A DNA stretch of 64,000 nt from a virus, in IMG/VR virus record IMGVR_UViG_3300025012_000043, positions 32,001 through 96,000 of that record. The stretch is one strand, 5' to 3'. This document shows positions 57,621-64,000 of the stretch, one piece after another. The notes beneath the pieces were generated by a model. It was not told where the DNA came from and ran no database searches. It worked only from the letters and a program-made list of their open reading frames with translations. Every line of letters starts with the position of its first letter. Positions within the stretch are counted from its first letter, which is position 1. The translations under genes and the position numbers were made by a program.

Positions 57621-57980
57621 TTAGAAGTACTGCCCCACCGATGAATCATAAAACATGACAGACACATCATACCCAAGTGATATAAATTGAAGCAATATCG
57701 GGTAATTTAATGCATTAACACCACTAGGATAAAATATTATAAGGGTCTTACTCGGTACTAATCCTTCTCCATGAAATTTTAATACAGCACTCACACCAAT
57801 AGTTGGCCCATCCCGGATATTTTCAATCTCATCTGATTGAATCATTGGTTCACCAGGGGTCTTATGACGACGCAATGGTGTTACTCTAACAATATTTTCA
57901 TACTGTTTCACATCATTACCACATGATTCACACTTTGGCCCAACACATTCAGTTTTACAATACACACAAAAATACTTCAA
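57621..57980 (-). CDS. Hypothetical protein with Zn ribbon
   Basis: CVYC...CESC. Confidence 0.5.
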   Translation of the reverse strand: MKYFCVYCKTECVGPKCESCGNDVKQYENIVRVTPLRRHKTPGEPMIQSDEIENIRDGPTIGVSAVLKFHGEGLVPSKTLIIFYPSGVNALNYPILLQFISLGYDVSVMFYDSSVGQYF

Positions 57981-58003
57981 CTACTCCACCCCCTTTCAAA
58001 ATA

Positions 58004-59179
58004 TCAATCTACACAAAAAATATCACCAAACCCAGCTGCCAAAAAGTTAAGTAGTATACCTCTTTTAATCTTTAACTTCTTGACATCTAATGCCATACCA
58101 AATTCCCTATATTTCTTTATTAACCCTATAAATGTCTCCTTGCTGTGAGTATTAAATGATCTATTTTTATTATATTGTATAAGGTTTAAAAATTTAAATA
58201 TACTATCCTTATTATGATATGCATGATAATCAAACATAGCCTGCCCTAATGATCGTTCTGATACATTCCATACATGAGGTTCACGTGCAGTAATAGTTAA
58301 TTGCCCATTATGACACAAATAGGAAAGTATTAGCCACACATGCGGGTTGTAATACCCAGTCTTTGATGGCTGTAATCTCTCACATAAATCCTTATGCGTA
58401 CACTCCCAATGAAGTCCTCTAAATACTGAATCTAAATCAAAAACTGTTGAATTTATTCTTTGCAATACAGTTATCAGGTCAGTAATATTTTTAATATGTG
58501 TCATACATATTCGCAAATATACAGAATAATTGCCTGAATCTGGTATTGGATTATATGGAGTATCTGTTTCAAACAGATTTGCTGCAACAAGCAAATCACC
58601 CAAACAAACAATAAATGGACGTGGTAAAAATGATGGGAAATTATTCGTATCATTTATTTTGTCGATCGTTGGTAGATGTTTAACCCAAATTGCCTCAAGA
58701 ATGTATGGGCCTGGTAGAGTAATAGTGTGTTTGCGTATGTCCATTGTATATCTCTGCCATATAGCAGACAAAAATTTTAGTCTAGTTATTATCTTTTCTA
58801 CTAATATATACTCTTTTGTGCAAAAATATAAATATGACACACTATTAAATGCCAACGATATAAGCATTGGATCAACATTTAATAAAAAGTCTTTAAAAAA
58901 CGTCTCATTTGGATTATCATATTTATCCATTGATTCTCTATATATGGTACGTGATTTATACATTCTATAAAATTCAGAATATACCCATATCATTGACGCT
59001 CGATATACCACTGTATCTTGTCGTCCATTTGACGACAATACATACTTATAATGCTCAAACAATTTTAATAGTTGTGAATGTGGCTCTATTTTATCATTAG
59101 TACCAATCGCACGTAATAAATCGATGTTGTCGTTCTTTAAATCATGCCCACTTATTAGTGCGATATCCACATTAGTCAT
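58004..59179 (-). CDS. Large hypothetical protein
   Basis: 391 aa, no motif recognised. Confidence 0.6.
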   Translation of the reverse strand: MTNVDIALISGHDLKNDNIDLLRAIGTNDKIEPHSQLLKLFEHYKYVLSSNGRQDTVVYRASMIWVYSEFYRMYKSRTIYRESMDKYDNPNETFFKDFLLNVDPMLISLAFNSVSYLYFCTKEYILVEKIITRLKFLSAIWQRYTMDIRKHTITLPGPYILEAIWVKHLPTIDKINDTNNFPSFLPRPFIVCLGDLLVAANLFETDTPYNPIPDSGNYSVYLRICMTHIKNITDLITVLQRINSTVFDLDSVFRGLHWECTHKDLCERLQPSKTGYYNPHVWLILSYLCHNGQLTITAREPHVWNVSERSLGQAMFDYHAYHNKDSIFKFLNLIQYNKNRSFNTHSKETFIGLIKKYREFGMALDVKKLKIKRGILLNFLAAGFGDIFCVD

Positions 59180-60329
59180 GTATCTGCCTCCGTAATATTT
59201 TGCATGCGATCATTGATGAGTCCCTGATCAAAAATGGCCCAGCTAATTCTTTATATTCAGCGATTTCTCGGTTTTCTACACAACGCTTAATTTTAGAAAA
59301 CCGTTTCTTGGTTAGCCTGATATTGGCATCAACTGCTATACCAATACCAAGTTGCCCCAATTCCTCAAATGTTCGCTTCTCCTCCACAAGTATATCATCA
59401 AAAACACCATCTAATTGTTTTTCATCTAATTCGCCCTTATACCAACTAGACAATTTTGTTGAATAATTACTAGTCAATATATATGCGCCACCAATAGATT
59501 GACTGAAATAATATACTGCCAATCTCTCATACCTACTAGAACTGGTGTATATTTCATTAAACACATCAACATATCGAACATCTTCAGGATTATGCAAAAT
59601 ATGCCGCAAATACATCTTCTTAATAGAGGGATGCGACACTAAATTAAGCGGTACTTTTATTGGTAACTCTTGCCCATTATAAATATATCTAAATATTTCA
59701 CTAATCCCATATGTTCTATTATTTGCCACTTCATTAGTAATCAACGATAATGCCTCAAAAATCCTTTTAAACATTGGGATTGTGTGTTTAAATTGATCAA
59801 GCCTTTTATGTCCACATACTGCGGTAGTATATTGTTGCACACTAATTAAATTAGTCCATTCGAGATGTTGTAACCTATACATCAATCCTATATGCGTAAG
59901 AACACGTTCACCATATAAAAAATAAAGAACAAGCAAAACACAAGCCACATAATCGTGTTTGATATGTCTTATGCTTTCAATTAGTGGATCTGGTACATAA
60001 GTTGGTGATTTATATATATCATGTCGATATTGATACAATAAATAGGATATAGATGAAAAAGCATCATCGACTGTATATTTGTATATTGGTTGTGTATTTA
60101 ATGGCCCAATATAAATTTGACTGACATCTCTAATGGGCTCAATATCTACCCATAAATCCTCTAAATCATTTAATAACATTGATATATCCTCATGTATATC
60201 ATACCTATATATACTAAAAGCTACTTGTAATAGGAAATTATCAATTTCCTTCCGCATTACTAGGCCCTTCACACTTAAACTGTTTAAGTACTTTCTGTGT
60301 ATTATCCCATTGTTCTTTTGTAAACCCAA
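59172..60329 (-). CDS. Large hypothetical protein
   Basis: Likely start at MRKEID (about 60257). Confidence 0.6.
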   Translation of the reverse strand: MGLQKNNGIIHRKYLNSLSVKGLVMRKEIDNFLLQVAFSIYRYDIHEDISMLLNDLEDLWVDIEPIRDVSQIYIGPLNTQPIYKYTVDDAFSSISYLLYQYRHDIYKSPTYVPDPLIESIRHIKHDYVACVLLVLYFLYGERVLTHIGLMYRLQHLEWTNLISVQQYTTAVCGHKRLDQFKHTIPMFKRIFEALSLITNEVANNRTYGISEIFRYIYNGQELPIKVPLNLVSHPSIKKMYLRHILHNPEDVRYVDVFNEIYTSSSRYERLAVYYFSQSIGGAYILTSNYSTKLSSWYKGELDEKQLDGVFDDILVEEKRTFEELGQLGIGIAVDANIRLTKKRFSKIKRCVENREIAEYKELAGPFLIRDSSMIACKILRRQIHD

Positions 60330-60621
60330 GGTTTAGAAAAGTATTGAGATCTGGAACCTCTGCCTTTATATTCAAAAACCTACCATCACAAATGTGTTTA
60401 TTGTTAATGTATTTATCTCCACATATATATTTACCATTAAGATCAATATAATGTACATGTGTATATGGCACCATAAAAGCACGATCTACTTCTTTTTTAT
60501 AATACGATATAAGTACTATAATTGCTGCAACTGCATTAATTCCAAGGATTATCCATGGAGCAGATGCTGGGATATTACCCTTAATACCACTTAATGGATC
60601 ACTCTTCTTATTTGTCGCCAT
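60241..60621 (-). CDS. Single-TM hypothetical protein
   Basis: WIILGINAVAAIIVLISYY. Confidence 0.5.
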   Translation of the reverse strand: MATNKKSDPLSGIKGNIPASAPWIILGINAVAAIIVLISYYKKEVDRAFMVPYTHVHYIDLNGKYICGDKYINNKHICDGRFLNIKAEVPDLNTFLNLGFTKEQWDNTQKVLKQFKCEGPSNAEGN

Positions 60622-61990
60622 TGATCTTCTCCACCATTTGTTGTAGCCCAGTTACTGCTTGGGCCTTTTGTGCGCGTTTAATGACAAAAATACTGATCAT
60701 ATTGGTCGTGAGTGGCCCAATAGACATGCCCATTTCATATAATACTGGCATATCCTTTAAGGCCCATGACAAATTAGACATCTTCATTGAATAAGACGAA
60801 CCCAATACATCATCCATATTTGCGCCAATTCTCTTTGCGATCTCTGCAACATACCTAATCGGAGCATATGTATAATTAGCAACATTCATTCGCCATATAC
60901 CAGCCAATACTTTTAATATAATGTTTCTATTAATAACACTCATACCATCATTCCCCAGTGCCAAAGCACCACAATACCAAGTTTGTACCGAAATGTCTCT
61001 GTGTTTATGTAAGTTTAAATAATCTGATACAGATGGATTGATTCCCAATACGGTTTTGCCATAATTATATGAAGTAATCTGTTCGTGCATCTCTGGGATA
61101 CCTATTAATGATATTCCTGACATATTGATATTACTATCCACAAGTTTGCCCATCAATGATGTGAGAGTTTTCTTATCAGCATATCCTGGTATTTTCTTGC
61201 CCATACCCAGAATAAATCGATTGACAACTGACATATTACCACTATAATAATTCAATAATTCTTGTGGTTGTTGTAATAAACACAATTTAAATGGTGTTGA
61301 ATTTAAAATTTGCTCTGGTATATCAATGATTATATTTATATATGAAGACAATATGCACATATTAACAAGTGATTTTACGCATTCAGCATACAGCTTTAAA
61401 TAAGATGGCGTATCATATTTAGGGGATAATAACTCGAGCATATTAGTAATATCTATTTTGGGCATGGTTTTTATTACGCTTAAACAATATTCAGCAGTGT
61501 ATATTAAATGATCAACACAATTTTTATGATCAATTTGATACAATATACGGGATAACTCAAAATCATTAGAATCTCTAGCATTTCTATGAGAAAACTCACC
61601 CTTTCCCTTATAACCACTCGAATCGCTATATTGTATATTTACCGATAAAACATTTGCATATTGTTTATATCGGTCAATCACTGTTTGTGGGATGTCCCAT
61701 CCATATTTCATTAATAACAAACATAATATATTGTCCAATTGTTTGTGATCACATTTAGATATTATGGGTACCCATTTATTAATCAATGGTGTTTTATCAC
61801 ACACATACTCAGATCGCATCAACGAAAGAGCCTCACCAATATATGGATAAAGTGGTGCCCATTTATCACCATGATATAAACTGATTAGCCGATCAATCTG
61901 ATCTATTGCTAATAGCGGTACATTAATATCTTCACTGCCATCAGCCATATATCCTGGCAGAAAGATTGCTGCATCAATGTTTACCCTCAT
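60608..61990 (-). CDS. Large hypothetical protein
   Basis: 460 aa, GGAGG + GTG start. Confidence 0.6.
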   Translation of the reverse strand: MRVNIDAAIFLPGYMADGSEDINVPLLAIDQIDRLISLYHGDKWAPLYPYIGEALSLMRSEYVCDKTPLINKWVPIISKCDHKQLDNILCLLLMKYGWDIPQTVIDRYKQYANVLSVNIQYSDSSGYKGKGEFSHRNARDSNDFELSRILYQIDHKNCVDHLIYTAEYCLSVIKTMPKIDITNMLELLSPKYDTPSYLKLYAECVKSLVNMCILSSYINIIIDIPEQILNSTPFKLCLLQQPQELLNYYSGNMSVVNRFILGMGKKIPGYADKKTLTSLMGKLVDSNINMSGISLIGIPEMHEQITSYNYGKTVLGINPSVSDYLNLHKHRDISVQTWYCGALALGNDGMSVINRNIILKVLAGIWRMNVANYTYAPIRYVAEIAKRIGANMDDVLGSSYSMKMSNLSWALKDMPVLYEMGMSIGPLTTNMISIFVIKRAQKAQAVTGLQQMVEKINGDK

Positions 61991-62180
61991 TCACATCCTC
62001 CGTTGTAGGTGTAGTAGTAATCACCCTAGGATCAAAACGATATACTATTTCTGATTTGAGCAATTTATCCACAAGAATCTGCATTGCTGCAAACTCAGCA
62101 TCATTCCCAGCCTGTGCCTTTATTTTCATATATAAATCAACGTTAATTTTCACATCAAATGAAGAATTATTTCGTTCCAT
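61974..62180 (-). CDS. Hypothetical protein
   Basis: 68 aa, GAGGAG RBS. Confidence 0.5.
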   Translation of the reverse strand: MERNNSSFDVKINVDLYMKIKAQAGNDAEFAAMQILVDKLLKSEIVYRFDPRVITTTPTTEDVNEGKH

Positions 62181-62183
62181 ATA

Positions 62184-62576
62184 TCACTCCTCTGTTTGAC
62201 CGTTCTTTGGTCGTATCTCCCATCGCAGATATGGAGACTTTTTGTTGTTCAATTCCGCAGTACGCCGCAATTTCAAATATTCCCCTGATAGAAAATCATC
62301 ATTTTCAATGAGGGGATAAAAAGTTTTATCAAATTCCTGCCATACTTTAGCCCAAGCAGTGTCTGTACGTGAATTACCAGCAATACTCAATTCAAGTTTT
62401 TCTTTTGTGAATACAATTTTTTCCGATAACAACCCATGATTTTCACACAATTCTTTAATTAAAACTTCCCTACATTTTTTATTCATTATTTCGGCCTTAT
62501 CTAGAGCCTTCTTGGATAACATGTATTTACTAACTATTCCTTGTACTCTTTTAGACAATGACTCAAATATAACCAT
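62184..62576 (-). CDS. Hypothetical protein
   Basis: 130 aa, AGGAG RBS. Confidence 0.55.
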   Translation of the reverse strand: MVIFESLSKRVQGIVSKYMLSKKALDKAEIMNKKCREVLIKELCENHGLLSEKIVFTKEKLELSIAGNSRTDTAWAKVWQEFDKTFYPLIENDDFLSGEYLKLRRTAELNNKKSPYLRWEIRPKNGQTEE

Positions 62577-62724
62577 TCTTTCTCCTTCGTATAGTTTTAT
62601 TAATTTTGTTCACTATATTTACCAAACAAGAAAACACATATTCAATCATCTTCAGTATTGTTATACAAATAACAACCGACACCATAAGAAACAGATACGC
62701 AATACCCAATATAAAATATTCCAT
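62563..62724 (-). CDS. Small membrane protein
   Basis: Not in ORF track; MEYFILGIAYLFLMVSVVICITILK..., 53 aa, GAGGT RBS. Confidence 0.5.
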   Translation of the reverse strand: MEYFILGIAYLFLMVSVVICITILKMIEYVFSCLVNIVNKINKTIRRRKNGYI

Positions 62725-62744
62725 TATTACCTCTATTTATTAAT

Positions 62745-63395
62745 TTACAGGATTAAAGAAGGATTACTACAACCTAATATATCAGCACCATAAGTAACTA
62801 GCACCAATGCATCACTATGAGATTTGATGCCCCCAGCTGCTTTAATTATTATTTTTTTACCAGAGCTTCTTATGGTGTCTCGAATTGATAAAACATGATC
62901 ATTCCTTGTGCCTCCCTTTATACCTGAAGCGGTTTTAATATTACCTCCAGTTTCTAGTATTAAATTAGTGACTGTAACAATTTGTTTCTCTGTTAATGTC
63001 GGAGTTTCTATTATCCATCGGATCTCTGCATTAGTAGATAAAAATACCTCAATTAGTTCTGTGCGTACACAATCCCACATCTCACTCTGCATATACACTG
63101 GATTGATCACAATATCCAATATAGATGCAAATCCACAAAGATCTGATATCTCTGTAAGCTTGGAAGCAATTGATGTGTCACCATTTGGGTATCCTACTAC
63201 ACCAATAATATCAAATTTATTCCTATAACTTGAATCCTCGATAAATTCACGCAATTCTATGATATTTACAAATGACGAAGGGAAACAAATCCCCTTAATA
63301 CCCAAAGAAGAAACTTCATTTATATATTTATAAATAGACCCCAAACTTATATTTTTATTTAGTATGGCTGCTTCTATTATTTTTGGGCTAATCAT
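62745..63395 (-). CDS. deoC: Deoxyribose-phosphate aldolase
   Basis: VVGYPNG, LDIVIN, IIET, Schiff-base IKTASG, IKAAGGIK, GADILGCS. Confidence 0.9.
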   Translation of the reverse strand: MISPKIIEAAILNKNISLGSIYKYINEVSSLGIKGICFPSSFVNIIELREFIEDSSYRNKFDIIGVVGYPNGDTSIASKLTEISDLCGFASILDIVINPVYMQSEMWDCVRTELIEVFLSTNAEIRWIIETPTLTEKQIVTVTNLILETGGNIKTASGIKGGTRNDHVLSIRDTIRSSGKKIIIKAAGGIKSHSDALVLVTYGADILGCSNPSLIL

Positions 63396-64000
63396 AGGCC
63401 CTGCAAAAATGTAGCTGCAGTTTTATCATTTTTCTTTATGGCGGCTTTAACTAACACTGGATATAAATCGCCTATCTGATCTTTAGTAAGTGGTACGGTC
63501 TTTAGCTGTTGCAACATTCGCATTAAGCAATTAAACATATGGTTTCTTTGGTATCCTTCCTGGCGAAGAGTTTCACGAAACCTATCCCATGATTTACATA
63601 TTGCCTTCGCAAATAACTCATCACTTGGCGTGCTGCCCCACATTCTTCTAAAGTGCCACAAACAAAACCATTTATATATTTCATCTGGCACTTTCTTATC
63701 TCTAAGTATGGTTACTGTGATTGGGCGTAATAAATAAAAATCATTAAATCCATAACAAAACCGTGGCAATTTTTTATTATCACCACCAAATTTTTTAATT
63801 AATCTATCAATTATGGCATCCCATCTATCAATCACCATTAACTTATATTTACTGCAATCTATATCCATGAAACTAGCATCCCAATTCAATATAACTCCAA
63901 CATTAGAAGCATGCCTATTCATAAACTCCATCGTTAAAAATTTGTCTGCTATTAACCCTAGTGGTTGATATAGTAGATTAGTGGCTGCGCCACCACGTAT
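63392..64000 (-). CDS. Hypothetical protein, possibly truncated at right edge
   Basis: Frame of the 63392-63931 ORF stays open to base 64000. Confidence 0.55.
   Translation of the reverse strand: MRGGAATNLLYQPLGLIADKFLTMEFMNRHASNVGVILNWDASFMDIDCSKYKLMVIDRWDAIIDRLIKKFGGDNKKLPRFCYGFNDFYLLRPITVTILRDKKVPDEIYKWFCLWHFRRMWGSTPSDELFAKAICKSWDRFRETLRQEGYQRNHMFNCLMRMLQQLKTVPLTKDQIGDLYPVLVKAAIKKNDKTAATFLQGL

Noticed and set aside
121-63228. All plus-strand ORFs in the track
   Set aside because: They are antisense shadows of well-supported minus-strand genes and show no recognisable motifs
1-64000. Alternative genetic code (stop reassignment)
   Set aside because: Core genes are full length in code 11, and TAA, TAG and TGA all end genes at sensible places

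Overview
AT-rich fragment of a large tailed dsDNA phage. All credible genes are on the minus strand, densely packed and often translationally coupled, and read in standard code 11. No tRNA, rRNA or CRISPR array was seen. In transcription order (right to left): deoC; three large unknown proteins; a MoxR ATPase plus DUF2201/vWA pair; endonuclease VII; def; a deaminase; a phage sigma factor; arrays of small helical-hairpin paralogs; a DUF932-like gene and a full-length but catalytically dead LigA; a PurZ0-type (Asp-to-Ser) adenylosuccinate synthetase homolog; SSB, RecA, resolvase and SF2 helicase; three exported FN3-like proteins; a frameshifted phosphoesterase; a replication initiator with an internal iteron origin; a DnaG-DnaB fusion; an NMP kinase, deoxyribosyltransferase-like and dUTPase-like trio; intein-containing NrdJ; a glycosyltransferase; DnaE; TnpB; SbcD and SbcC; an envelope module; ThyX; a probable late regulator; putative TerS; a four-gene sugar-modification cassette; HNH nucleases; TerL; portal. 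Best candidates for new biology: (1) a 2-aminoadenine (Z)-genome pathway in a DnaE-replicated phage; (2) a TnpA-less TnpB that appears to duplicate its target gene's start, with a second deleted copy; (3) a pseudo-ligase; (4) a possible virion-glycosylation cassette; (5) a candidate UUU-CGG +1 frameshift; (6) a family of about 16 microproteins. All family calls come from motif recognition by eye; no database searches were run.
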